This document shows, in pieces, positions 54,389-63,965 of a stretch of DNA of 64,000 nt; the first letter of the stretch is position 1, and the number at the start of each line of letters is the position of its first letter. Location: the IMG/VR virus record IMGVR_UViG_3300012347_000366, positions 1-64,000 of that record, one strand, 5' to 3'. The notes beneath the pieces are model-generated. The model did not search any database. It was not told the DNA's origin and saw nothing but the letters and a program-made list of their open reading frames with translations. The position numbers and the translations under genes are program-made. This DNA comes from a virus. Taxonomy: Duplodnaviria; Heunggongvirae; Uroviricota; Caudoviricetes.

Positions 54389-54750
54389 GGTAGTATTTCT
54401 AGCTGTAGTGATACTGTCCAGTAACCTGGAGCCAAGTATGTAAATGTATAAAGTTGTCCGTCGCCTTGAGGTACTATTCGGACTTCTACTGTGGTATTTA
54501 AACGTGGATGCGTAAAACCAAAACGAGCAGTTCCTTTGATGGTTTCTTCAATAAAACTCTCTAGTGTTTGCGTTTGCTGAGTAGTCATTATAAACGATAC
54601 TTGCAAACCTTGTGGACGTTGACCACGACGACGCTGTTTGGCAGGCCCAGAATCCATGGGAGTTCTTAGTATAAGAACTCCACCAGTCTCCGCAAAACCT
54701 TTTTGCGGAGACTGTGGTAAGGATGCTGGCCATACGTAAGTATAGGCCAT
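54385..54750 (-). CDS. minor tail / distal tail protein (lambda gpM-like by position)
   Basis: Immediately downstream of the tape measure gene; size. Confidence 0.4.
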   Translation of the reverse strand: MAYTYVWPASLPQSPQKGFAETGGVLILRTPMDSGPAKQRRRGQRPQGLQVSFIMTTQQTQTLESFIEETIKGTARFGFTHPRLNTTVEVRIVPQGDGQLYTFTYLAPGYWTVSLQLEILP

Positions 54751-54753
54751 ATT

Positions 54754-57700
54754 TTATCTCCTAATTAGTTGTGGACGTAATCCAAAAGTACTACCCACAG
54801 CTTTTTGTGAAGCACTACCGCTACGGGATATTTCACCTGCAGTCATGTCACCAATAGTTACCTCTATACGACGATTGCCGCGAGAGTCTGTGGTTTCTTT
54901 TGTCTCTGCTTGTGCGGTAGAGTAATTATTAACCACCACCTCTGTGTTACCGCCGCTCACACCAGCGCGAACACCAAGATTACCTTGGCCGTCACGGGTT
55001 AGTGGCATGATAGCTTCTGGACCTGCTTCACCCATTAAGCCAGTACCTTTGGCGAATTTGAATAGTGTTGGTGAATCAACAATTTGATTTGTAAACGCAC
55101 CGCCTTTGGCAAAAGCCTGTATACTGTAATCAAAAGCGCCACCTTGTGCAAAATATCCGCCGCCAGGTTTCATTGTTGCGGCAGTGCCAACCGATCCAAC
55201 GCTAGAAGTGCCGCCACCTAAAAAGCTAGATACAAAGCTGCTTATACCTGGGCGTAGTGCAGACCATATTTGACTAGTAGCCATGCGTAGCTCTATGCGG
55301 GCGATGTCCTCTAACATAGATGTAGCTAAGTCTTTAAAACTAAACTTACCTGTTTTTGCAAACTCAAGTATAGCATCAGCCATATTTTCAAAAGAATTCT
55401 TAAATACTTCTTCATACTTTATCTGTTTGCTAGCTAAAGTCTCTGTTATATCAGCAGCACGTAGTTTATCTTGGTAGTCTCTTTCAGCAGCACTTCTGCT
55501 AACAGAATCGCGCTCTGCAATAAGGGCTATTTCACGCTCTAACTCAGGAGTTTTACCAAACTGCTCTTGCTTTATTTTTAGATTTTCTAGTTCAATATTC
55601 TTAGACTTATCTAATTGTAGTAGTGTTTTTGATCTTTCTATTTCAGCATCTTGCAGTGCCAAAGACTTAGTTTTTGCCACTATCTGCTGTTCAGTCATCG
55701 AACCTGTAGCGGAAGCTAAGGCTAATGAATCTCTTTCACTTTGTACTAGTTGTTTTTGCGTCTCCAAGTTTTCTAAGCCTTTAAGGGCACGAATCTCGGC
55801 TTCATTAATGGCTATACTTGAACGCTCTTTTTGAGCCTCTAGTTCTGCATTAGCAGTTGCTTTAGTACTTGCAGCTGTTCCTGTAGCTCCGCTTACTGCA
55901 GCTGTACGTCCAAGTTCTGTGGCAATTTGTTGCTGACTTTGTTTTGCAACTTCTGGAGATAGCTTATACTTATCAGTTAGAACACGTACTTGCGCTGCCT
56001 GAAGTTCTGCAGGCATTTTATCTAAAACAAACTGTCTTGCTGCTTGATCTTTTGTAAACTGCTCTGCACTTTTTGCTTTAAGCTCACTACTAACTTTACT
56101 ATCTTGATATCTTTGTTGCTCAATTTCTGCCAACTTCATTTCTGTTTGAAGTTTGGCACGTAGCTGCTTATCCTCATTATCAAGCAACTCTAATGAGGCT
56201 TTCATATTTATGTCTTTTATTTTAGCAAGTCGCGCTTCATTATCTTCACGAACTTTTTGTATGTTCATTATAGCTTTTTGCGCAGCTGGGTCTTCTTTTA
56301 CATATTTTTGTAATTCGCTTACGTTACCTGATTTTAGTGCGGACATTTTACCAGTAATACGGTCCACATCTTTTTGTGCAGCATCGCGTAGCGCTTGACC
56401 ACCTTCTCGACCACCACTCATTTCAGCAGCTTTTAGCTTTTCCTGTGCAGCAGTTAACTCAAGCTGAATACGAAGTAAATCAATAGAGTTTACTAAATTT
56501 TCGTTAGATTTCTTTAATTGAAACTCTACATTAATTGCATCTTTTGCTAATTTTGCACTCTCTAGTATACTTGCTTCTGTTTTAACTGGAACGGCTTGTA
56601 GTACTTGTTGCTTAAAACCAATGTCTATTTGAGCTATGCGCAGCTTAGTTTGTGCAAAAACTAACTCAACTTGCTTTTCTACTGCCTCTCCAAGTATCTT
56701 TCCTGCCTGTGTTGCTACTTCTTTTAAGCCAGATTCTGCTTGACGAACGTCTAACTGCAACTTAGGTATCTGCTGTTGTAGTGATGCTCTTTCAGCAACT
56801 AATCCGGCGGACTCTCCTGTGCGTAAGCCAAAAGTTTTAAGTCGTTGGTTAATTTCTTCAATACGTGCTCTGGCTTTGTCTAGGTCACTGATCTGTGATT
56901 TTAAACCAAACTGCATATTAGTGTAATTATTAGCTAATGCCTGTAGTTGAACGGCTTGTTCTTGTGGCAGTAACTCTAACTTAGTTGCACCAGTAAATAT
57001 ATTTTTAAATTCTGCAGCGGCTGCAGTAGAGTCCTTAAAAGCATTTTTAAGACTAAACACATTTTTTGTAGCGGACATTAAGAAAGTATCTAGCTGTGAA
57101 CTACCAAATACGCTAGTAGAAAAACTAGTGAAAGCATCTGCGGCGGCTTTTCCGGTTTCTTTTACATCCTGTGTAAGTGCCTGACTATTTTTAAGAATTT
57201 TTGAGCTTTGAGCAATTATTTCATTAACATTTTTTGCAGTTTGTACTAAGTCTTTAGATGGGACTTTAGCAAGAGCAGAAGCTACACCTTCTAGACCTAA
57301 GTCCGTAGTGCCGAGGGCACCTTTTAGCTTACCTTCAAGTGCTTGCTTAATTTCCCCTTCTGGAGCTAAATCAATTGCTGAAGCGATTGATTCTGTAAAG
57401 CCTTTGGAGAAAACGGATCTTAAATCCCCACCCCAAATTGTTTTGAAACCATCAATAAATCTATCCCAGCCACTAGCTAAAGCATCTGCAGTGCCTAGGG
57501 CTTTTGCTGTGGATGCTAAACTATCTGTTAGGTTTGTAAATGCGTTTGCTTTGGCGTTTATGCTTTCAGTAGTAAGAGTATTACCAAACTTCTCTAAAAC
57601 ATTAGTTGCTGTTTTGGTAGCTTCGCCTAGCCCATCCACGGAGGTTTTAAATGCATCTACTGCAGTACCGTTTTTAGAAAACAAGGCATTAAGTGCACCA

Positions 57701-59376
57701 AATACAACAAGTGCAATTTCCAGGTACATAAAAGCACCCATCAAGGATTTGCCTAGTATACCTGCAGCTGTACCAATACCGGCAAAAGTACCAGTTACTA
57801 CAGTTTTGAACTTGTCAATTCTGCCAATATCTTTGCTGGCCATTGTTTCGGAGTAAAAACCACCAAGACCTTGGCGTATACCTTGTTGCTCTACACGCTC
57901 GCCAACGCCACTTAGCAGGTTTAGTTTTGCTGCTTTAGCACGTGAATCTATAACGATTTGTTCTCGCTGCCATTCTTCGCTTCCACGGCGCGATCTTTTA
58001 CTTGCCTGTGCCTCTACTAAGTCATTTGCGGAAGATAGATCTTTGGTTAAGTCCAAGATCTTTTGTTGTGCCATTTGTACTTTGACTAAACTAGCTGCGT
58101 GTTGTAAACTAGCTGAAGTATTGTCGTTTGTTTTCTTTGTTACGTCGCTTTTGATAGCAACTAGCTCTTTTTCAGATAGTAGTCTATCTCTTTGCAGTGC
58201 GCGTAAAGTATCATTTGGTTTTTTGTAGATATTATCTAATTCTACAAACTGGCGTTTTGCTTGCTTGAATTCTGCTTCGGCATCGCGTAAAGCTTGCTGA
58301 ATTTGTGGAACTTTTGCACGTTGTTGTGCACGCTCAACGAACGCTTCACCAAAACTTGTGTTAATTTCTTGTGCACGCTTAGCAGCATCTTCTGCAGCTA
58401 GCTTCATGCCATTTCTCCAGCTAGTTAAAGCTGGTAGTGCTTGCTGTGTTATCTTTACAGCGGCTGCAGCAATTGCCACACCAATAAGAGCTGTGTTATC
58501 TGCAAGTAACTTAGCTACTGGGCCTACAACTGTGTTTACAGTTTCTAGGATACTCTGACCTACGTTCTTTAAACTAGCTAATAGCTTGTCGTAAGGGTTG
58601 CTGTCTTGAGCTATTTCGCTAAACTTTTGTCTGCCTTCTGCAAGAACTGCGTTGGCAAATGCTTGGCGTCTTTCAAAATCAGTTAGTGCACTAGCACTTT
58701 TACCAACACTGCGTGCGTATTGTTCTGTTGCGGTACCTACTTTAGTAAAGATACCTAATTCGTCCAAAAGTTCTGGTTCTAGCTTAGTAATACCGCGAGT
58801 AAGACGACTAACAGCATCACTCATGTTTACACCCAAAGCCTGACTAGCACCTTTGGCTACTTGTCCAAGCTCCATGAACTGCTTGCTGCTTAATCCGCTA
58901 GTAGTAGCTTTTGCGGTAGCTTCCATAGCTTCTCGTAAGCTAATGGCACCATCGCTGGCTGCAGCAAACTGCTTGGCTAAACCACCCATGGCTACGCCGC
59001 TGGCAGCACCTAGTTGATCCAGCCCACGAACCATCATGGTGGTATTCATGGCTTCACGAAGCGCGCCAAAAGCAGCACTTACCGCAAATAAGTTAGCAGC
59101 ATAAGTTGCGTATAAGCGAACTAAACCACCAAGACCTTGAGCTTGGTTTGCAAAATCACGGCCACTGGCTCCGGTTGCACTCATAGAACCACGAGCTTGA
59201 CCATAGGCAGTACTTTCTGTACTTGTTGATGCATATGCCGATTTAACGGCCTTGCTTGAGCTAAGTGTTTGAGATTTTGATAATTCTTTATTTAAGTTCT
59301 GAACTTCGCTGGTACGCTTTTTAATGCTACCGCTACCGTCCTGTAGACTTAAGTCTATTTTTACTTGATTGGCCAT
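54754..59376 (-). CDS. tail tape measure protein (1540 aa)
   Basis: Very long Ala/Gln/Lys-rich coiled-coil protein downstream of the G/GT chaperones. Confidence 0.8.
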   Translation of the reverse strand: MANQVKIDLSLQDGSGSIKKRTSEVQNLNKELSKSQTLSSSKAVKSAYASTSTESTAYGQARGSMSATGASGRDFANQAQGLGGLVRLYATYAANLFAVSAAFGALREAMNTTMMVRGLDQLGAASGVAMGGLAKQFAAASDGAISLREAMEATAKATTSGLSSKQFMELGQVAKGASQALGVNMSDAVSRLTRGITKLEPELLDELGIFTKVGTATEQYARSVGKSASALTDFERRQAFANAVLAEGRQKFSEIAQDSNPYDKLLASLKNVGQSILETVNTVVGPVAKLLADNTALIGVAIAAAAVKITQQALPALTSWRNGMKLAAEDAAKRAQEINTSFGEAFVERAQQRAKVPQIQQALRDAEAEFKQAKRQFVELDNIYKKPNDTLRALQRDRLLSEKELVAIKSDVTKKTNDNTSASLQHAASLVKVQMAQQKILDLTKDLSSANDLVEAQASKRSRRGSEEWQREQIVIDSRAKAAKLNLLSGVGERVEQQGIRQGLGGFYSETMASKDIGRIDKFKTVVTGTFAGIGTAAGILGKSLMGAFMYLEIALVVFGALNALFSKNGTAVDAFKTSVDGLGEATKTATNVLEKFGNTLTTESINAKANAFTNLTDSLASTAKALGTADALASGWDRFIDGFKTIWGGDLRSVFSKGFTESIASAIDLAPEGEIKQALEGKLKGALGTTDLGLEGVASALAKVPSKDLVQTAKNVNEIIAQSSKILKNSQALTQDVKETGKAAADAFTSFSTSVFGSSQLDTFLMSATKNVFSLKNAFKDSTAAAAEFKNIFTGATKLELLPQEQAVQLQALANNYTNMQFGLKSQISDLDKARARIEEINQRLKTFGLRTGESAGLVAERASLQQQIPKLQLDVRQAESGLKEVATQAGKILGEAVEKQVELVFAQTKLRIAQIDIGFKQQVLQAVPVKTEASILESAKLAKDAINVEFQLKKSNENLVNSIDLLRIQLELTAAQEKLKAAEMSGGREGGQALRDAAQKDVDRITGKMSALKSGNVSELQKYVKEDPAAQKAIMNIQKVREDNEARLAKIKDINMKASLELLDNEDKQLRAKLQTEMKLAEIEQQRYQDSKVSSELKAKSAEQFTKDQAARQFVLDKMPAELQAAQVRVLTDKYKLSPEVAKQSQQQIATELGRTAAVSGATGTAASTKATANAELEAQKERSSIAINEAEIRALKGLENLETQKQLVQSERDSLALASATGSMTEQQIVAKTKSLALQDAEIERSKTLLQLDKSKNIELENLKIKQEQFGKTPELEREIALIAERDSVSRSAAERDYQDKLRAADITETLASKQIKYEEVFKNSFENMADAILEFAKTGKFSFKDLATSMLEDIARIELRMATSQIWSALRPGISSFVSSFLGGGTSSVGSVGTAATMKPGGGYFAQGGAFDYSIQAFAKGGAFTNQIVDSPTLFKFAKGTGLMGEAGPEAIMPLTRDGQGNLGVRAGVSGGNTEVVVNNYSTAQAETKETTDSRGNRRIEVTIGDMTAGEISRSGSASQKAVGSTFGLRPQLIRR

Positions 59377-59434
59377 CTATACTCCTTGCTGGATTGGTGG
59401 CGAAAAATTTTCGAGTATGTTTATACTAGTGATC

Positions 59435-59463
59435 ATTATATCAGTTAAGCGGCAAAATGTCAA
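59435..59463 (-). promoter_or_regulatory. perfect consensus sigma70 promoter TTGACA-17-TATAAT (minus strand) upstream of the tape measure gene
   Basis: Plus-strand TGTCAA at 59458-59463 and ATTATA at 59435-59440. Confidence 0.55.
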
Positions 59464-59480
59464 ACCAAAAAATTTTGAAC

Positions 59481-59513
59481 ATAAAAAAGCCCGCTAATAT
59501 TACTTAGCGGGCT
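59481..59513 (-). terminator. rho-independent terminator (10-bp stem AGCCCGCTAA/TTAGCGGGCT); the chaperone stop codon lies in the loop and a T-run follows on the minus strand
   Basis: Read from sequence. Confidence 0.6.
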
Positions 59514-59814
59514 CTTGTGCTTTTAGTTTATTTATTTCGTTTGATCGAACATCATCAATCATACGAACTAACATAGTAACAAACTTTTGCTCTTGCGGCT
59601 CTACTTCGGTGGCTTCTAGTAAGTCTTTGATACCTATTAAGCTTTTGCCTAAATAGTGACCATTCATAGTATCCCACTCATCTCGCAACATACGGTAAAC
59701 ACCAAATGCTTGCTGCAATTCAAGTGGAAAGTCTTCAAAATCAACCGGAATTTCAGACTCGATAACGGGCATATTCATCATTTCGCACATTTCAAAGTAC
59801 GAATCTTTGGTCAT
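59500..59814 (-). CDS. tail assembly chaperone T segment (the -1 frame extension of the G/GT product); may also be translated alone from its ATG
   Basis: Continuous -1 frame runs from the upstream slippery site into this ORF. Confidence 0.55.
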   Translation of the reverse strand: MTKDSYFEMCEMMNMPVIESEIPVDFEDFPLELQQAFGVYRMLRDEWDTMNGHYLGKSLIGIKDLLEATEVEPQEQKFVTMLVRMIDDVRSNEINKLKAQEPAK

Positions 59815-59855
59815 GTGAATAGCACCGTTTTGAATGTAACTTACTAGCTGTCGGT

Positions 59856-60272
59856 TTACTTCTGTGAGCTGCTCGTTGAAAAGTTTCCCAGGTCAGTTAC
59901 CTGCTCACTGATGAATCCATCAAAGTTACTAGAGTTTTTCATCAAGTAAAGGGCATTTTCTGCACTGTACTCTAGTTCTGCTTCCATGTCTTGACCAGTT
60001 AGGTCAACAGGAGCTAATTGCTCTAAATAACTTAGTTTTAAACCACCCCAGCCTTTTACAGCGTTTTCGACATAAAGCTGCAAGAACAAGTCTTCATTAA
60101 ACTCTTCTGCTGCCTGACGATTTTTAAATGTGGTTTTTGTGGACTTTTTGCGAATGTTTAGTAGAGTTTCGCGACTTAAAAAAGCCAAGTTAACTACAAA
60201 GCCAGGCATGCCTGGGTATTCAACTTCAACGGCTTTTGAAGGTACTAAAAGTGATTTTAAAGATAGTGACAT
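59856..60272 (-). CDS. tail assembly chaperone (lambda gpG-like)
   Basis: Position immediately 5' of the tape measure gene plus the canonical slippery site. Confidence 0.6.
   Translation of the reverse strand: MSLSLKSLLVPSKAVEVEYPGMPGFVVNLAFLSRETLLNIRKKSTKTTFKNRQAAEEFNEDLFLQLYVENAVKGWGGLKLSYLEQLAPVDLTGQDMEAELEYSAENALYLMKNSSNFDGFISEQVTDLGNFSTSSSQK
59883..59889 (-). other. -1 programmed ribosomal frameshift slippery heptamer G GGA AAC near the 3' end of the tail assembly chaperone gene
   Basis: Minus-strand CTG GGA AAC TTT. The -1 frame from the slip site has no stop until the end of the 59500..59814 ORF. Confidence 0.6.
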
Positions 60273-60290
60273 GTTATACTTATATTAGTG

Positions 60291-60322
60291 AAAAAAGCGG
60301 TACCGGGGATCAGTCCGGTACC
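60291..60322 (-). terminator. rho-independent terminator after the tail tube gene (GGTACCGG-GGATCAGT-CCGGTACC with T6 on the minus strand)
   Basis: Perfect 8-bp palindromic stem; A6 on the plus strand just before it. Confidence 0.7.
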
Positions 60323-60341
60323 TTGAAAAACTAAATGCTGA

Positions 60342-61478
60342 TTAAGCAGCGTTAGTTGTGTAGTAACGAACTTCTAGTTCGTTAGCTGCCCCAATATCAA
60401 ATGCGCTGCTTGCAGAGCCTTGAGCAGTAAAGTTAATTGTTGTAGAAATAACTTGTTCTGTGGTTACGCTTGGAATTGTTAGCACGGCTGCTGGCATTTC
60501 AAACTCAACGCGAGTAGCGTTTGTACCGCCACCAACTTGAATTTCAATAGCAAAAGCTGGGTCAACGTCTGTTGTAGAACCAGCCAGCATGTCGGCTAGT
60601 AAGCCTGCTGTGTTTGTGCTTCCTGCACGTAGGTAAGCATTTAAGCTACCACTAATAGCACGAGTACCTGTGAAGTATGTAAACGGACGGTTTACAACAC
60701 CCAAGTTAGCTGGTGTTAAGTATGTTAGGTTGTTGGCAATTGTTAGTGAACCACCAGTAATAGCAACAGTGTACTCTGTACCAGTTCCACCAATTTCACC
60801 AGCAATTGTCATTGTAGACAGTTTGTTGGCAATAAATGGGGCTGTTGTATTCTTGCCTTTGGCAGTACCGGATAAACCACCACCAAATGTTACTGTAGCA
60901 CCTGTAGTAGCTGTTAGACCACTTAGTTGACGTAGGATAGCACCTTTACCAGCCCAAGCAACCATAGCAATAGCGTCTAAGCCGAAGTCTACAGTAGCAG
61001 TATCTAGAGCACAGTTATCGATAACATAGCTAACACCGTCAATAACAATAATCATACCAAACTTTTGTAGTTGGTGTGATTGTGAATTGGCTACAACCAA
61101 TGTTGCTGCTGAAGTATCTTCTGACCATGCTGGGTTTGTACCACCAATAGGGTCTGTGGCAAATAGCGCGTTCCACAGCACAGATTCTTCACAAGTGATA
61201 TTTGTTCCGCCATCAGCAGGACGCATATAAGTTGAGAAGCTGAAGTCAACTGGCTCTAGTGCAGTGTTAAAACTACGCTGGCCACGAACAGGAGCTGCAC
61301 CTGCTTCGTTTAAGGTAACTGTATCAGCAGTTGTATTTTGTGAGAAGCTAAAGCCGTCCAGAACCTGAATTTCACGGGTATTAGTTGGTAAAAACCCTGA
61401 GGCCGCTACTACACCTGTTTCAGCATTAACGTTAGTCGTAAAGAACATACGACTATTACGGATTAAATTAAATGACAT
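60342..61478 (-). CDS. major tail tube protein (T5 pb6-like), 378 aa
   Basis: Position, typical terminator after the gene, and an N-terminus (MSFNLIRNSRMFFTT...VTLNEAGAAPVRGQRSFN...FSFSTY) that resembles T5 pb6 as I recall it. No database search was run. Confidence 0.6.
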   Translation of the reverse strand: MSFNLIRNSRMFFTTNVNAETGVVAASGFLPTNTREIQVLDGFSFSQNTTADTVTLNEAGAAPVRGQRSFNTALEPVDFSFSTYMRPADGGTNITCEESVLWNALFATDPIGGTNPAWSEDTSAATLVVANSQSHQLQKFGMIIVIDGVSYVIDNCALDTATVDFGLDAIAMVAWAGKGAILRQLSGLTATTGATVTFGGGLSGTAKGKNTTAPFIANKLSTMTIAGEIGGTGTEYTVAITGGSLTIANNLTYLTPANLGVVNRPFTYFTGTRAISGSLNAYLRAGSTNTAGLLADMLAGSTTDVDPAFAIEIQVGGGTNATRVEFEMPAAVLTIPSVTTEQVISTTINFTAQGSASSAFDIGAANELEVRYYTTNAA

Positions 61479-61558
61479 ATTTCATTTCCTTTTTTGATTA
61501 GCGTCGTATTGCTTTATACTAGATATTTACCTGTGGCCGGCAACTTTGACGCGATTGC

Positions 61559-61996
61559 TTACATAATCTGGTAACGGACTTGTAAGTTAATTTCTCCAAC
61601 CGCATAAGGGGCTAATAGCCCTTCATCTGTGGTTATAGACTGAATTAATATTTCAGTGGTTTCGTAATGCTTGGTTTCATCGTAAACCAACACACGGTTA
61701 GCGTCTATGCAACGCTCTAAGTCTTCTAGTAGCTGCTCTAGTTCAGTTTGTGCTTCTTCACCGCGACAATAAACTTTTACACTTACACCTAAGTATCCCC
61801 AAGCAAAGTCGCCGGGTAAGTACTCGCGCTGTTCTGAGCCAGGGGTACAATACACACTTGGGAAGTCTTCGACTTCATCCCAGAATTTTAGTTTTGGGTA
61901 AGCGTTATTTGACAAGTTTGTTTGATAAGGGGCTTGCCCGTCTAGCAGTTTGAATTTTTCAGCTAAGGCTTTTATAATTGAGGTTCTACGACTCAT
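61559..61996 (-). CDS. tail terminator or neck protein (by position)
   Basis: Small gene just upstream of the tail tube gene. Confidence 0.35.
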   Translation of the reverse strand: MSRRTSIIKALAEKFKLLDGQAPYQTNLSNNAYPKLKFWDEVEDFPSVYCTPGSEQREYLPGDFAWGYLGVSVKVYCRGEEAQTELEQLLEDLERCIDANRVLVYDETKHYETTEILIQSITTDEGLLAPYAVGEINLQVRYQIM

Positions 61997-63393
61997 ATGG
62001 CAACGGCTCTCAGTCTGTTTGCAACTTGGGTTTCGGCAATTTCACGAATTGACTTTGATATCAGCAATTTAGGGTCACGTGAACGTGGGTTTTGTTGCTG
62101 ACCACCATCCGAGAATGTTGCATAAGGGTTTTTCATATAGGTATAAAAAGCTGTTATCATACCTGCTCGGGATTCTGACAAGCTCTCAACTTTCGCCGAT
62201 GCCGCAAGGCGGCCGGTGCGATAGTTTAGTACGTTACGACTATTTCCATCACCCATGTTAGCACTTATAACGTCTTGAAGTTGACGGTTTATAAGGTTTT
62301 GTAGGCTTGTTAAATTAGTTTGAGGTTCTTGCTGTGGTTTCTGAAATTTAGGAACTGCTTTTACGGAAGCTTTAAGCTTACGTACTTGAGCCAAGTCCTT
62401 TTTAATCTGACCATTTACAGCTGAGGTATTTATTTTGGCAGCTTTAGTTTTTGCTACTTCAACTTTTTGTGAAGTGTACTCTCTTGAAGCTATTTGCTTG
62501 CCACGTAAAGCATTTACGATAGTCTCTTCTATTAAATCCAACATAGAAGGAGAACCTTTTGTACCTACTAACTTCTCTACGTTGTCTTCCATTAAGCGAC
62601 GTATGCGCTGTTCGGCATCACCTTCAGTAAACTTTATGCCGCCGGCAGTAAAGGTTACAGCTCCTGGGTTCAGGTATTTTCGTACCGCTTTAGATAGGGT
62701 TGCTTGAGCTCTTCCAGCAGCTTCGTTATCTTCAACTAGCTGCATTTCAACTAAGTAATTACTAGCTCTTTTCTTATATTTTGCGTATAGGCCGTATTTA
62801 GGTGTTTTTAAATTAGAAGTGGCTAAATCCTCTTCTTCTAATTGTTTTTCTAAGTCTTCTAAGAACCCAACTAATAAAGAGCGTGCTTGATCAGTTAAGG
62901 TAGTATTGTTTGCCAGTGATTTTTTCGTTAAGGCTAACTTTTTTGGGAATATACCAAAAACGTGACCTTTTTGAAAGAAATTACTTATAGATATTTCAGG
63001 ATCTCTGCTACGGGCTTCAGCTAAAACGTCTTCAAACCCAGTATCTAACAGTGTAGATATATTACCCATACTGATTCGTGGATAATACAATGCCTGGCCT
63101 TCTACGTATGGTTCAGTGATACTCTTACCCACAGAACCTTTTCCGTACTTTACACCAGCTAGCTTAGTAAATACTTCCGTTACTTTTTCTGGAGAGGCTT
63201 TGGCTCCCGACAATTTTTCTATTATATCGGAAACAGTTTTTGTAGTAATATAGAATGAATTAAATTCCTTACTAGACTCTTTCTTTCGTATATCTTTGGC
63301 AGCCATCTTTAAGATGTTGTCAGTACTCAGTCGCTGGAACCATGCTTTAAGAGCAGGCGATTTAAGAGCCTCGCTAAACTCTTTTATACTCAT
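61993..63393 (-). CDS. virion structural protein of the head-tail joining / neck region (466 aa)
   Basis: Position between the adaptor and the tail terminator; no diagnostic motif seen. Confidence 0.35.
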   Translation of the reverse strand: MSIKEFSEALKSPALKAWFQRLSTDNILKMAAKDIRKKESSKEFNSFYITTKTVSDIIEKLSGAKASPEKVTEVFTKLAGVKYGKGSVGKSITEPYVEGQALYYPRISMGNISTLLDTGFEDVLAEARSRDPEISISNFFQKGHVFGIFPKKLALTKKSLANNTTLTDQARSLLVGFLEDLEKQLEEEDLATSNLKTPKYGLYAKYKKRASNYLVEMQLVEDNEAAGRAQATLSKAVRKYLNPGAVTFTAGGIKFTEGDAEQRIRRLMEDNVEKLVGTKGSPSMLDLIEETIVNALRGKQIASREYTSQKVEVAKTKAAKINTSAVNGQIKKDLAQVRKLKASVKAVPKFQKPQQEPQTNLTSLQNLINRQLQDVISANMGDGNSRNVLNYRTGRLAASAKVESLSESRAGMITAFYTYMKNPYATFSDGGQQQNPRSRDPKLLISKSIREIAETQVANRLRAVAI

Positions 63394-63965
63394 GTATAAT
63401 CCGCTACGTACAGGTCTAGCACACGTTTAATGTGTGCAGGGAAGTTATTGTTCATGATGTATTCAAGCTGTACGCTACCGCCACCCCCAGGTGTGCGATT
63501 GTTGTGTACGCTTGCATCATTTTTACGATAATAAGTAACTAAGTCTAGAACAGCTAGTTTTAAATCTTCAGGAACTGTTTCGTATCCTGCAAAATAGCTT
63601 ACTTGATATCCGTTAACAGCGCGTGTAAAACCTTGTTGGCCTAGCGATGTAATTGTGTTATCTTCTGCGTCAAGTACCCAATCTGTGAACTCTGCGAGTT
63701 CTTTGTAGTTTTGTCCAAAGTCTGTGCTTTGTTCAACTGACACAATTTGTGTTACAGGACCTTCTTTTAATATGATTTTTTCAAACCCGCCGTTTGAGCG
63801 CTGTACAAGCATATCATCTAAACCGTCGACAAAACTGCGACGGCAATATGTTTTTACTAGTTCCGATACTTTGGGAATTAGTAAGTCAATTTCTGCATCA
63901 TGGTTTGTGCTAGAGATACCTGCATAGGTTTTATATTCGGATTTTGTTACGAGATTTTTACCCAT
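63390..63965 (-). CDS. head-tail connector / adaptor protein (gp6-like)
   Basis: N-terminal region SEYKTYAGISSTNHDAEIDLLIPKVSELVKTYCRRSF matches the conserved start of gp6-like head-tail connector proteins, from memory. Confidence 0.45.
   Translation of the reverse strand: MGKNLVTKSEYKTYAGISSTNHDAEIDLLIPKVSELVKTYCRRSFVDGLDDMLVQRSNGGFEKIILKEGPVTQIVSVEQSTDFGQNYKELAEFTDWVLDAEDNTITSLGQQGFTRAVNGYQVSYFAGYETVPEDLKLAVLDLVTYYRKNDASVHNNRTPGGGGSVQLEYIMNNNFPAHIKRVLDLYVADYT

Noticed and set aside
36689-59376. Many 60-110-aa plus-strand ORFs embedded in the large minus-strand fibre, tail tip and tape measure genes (for example 37461..37700, 44697..44903, 49514..49741, 57308..57856)
   Set aside because: They are antisense shadow ORFs inside long, compositionally biased genes. 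They lack independent starts, RBS context and terminators.
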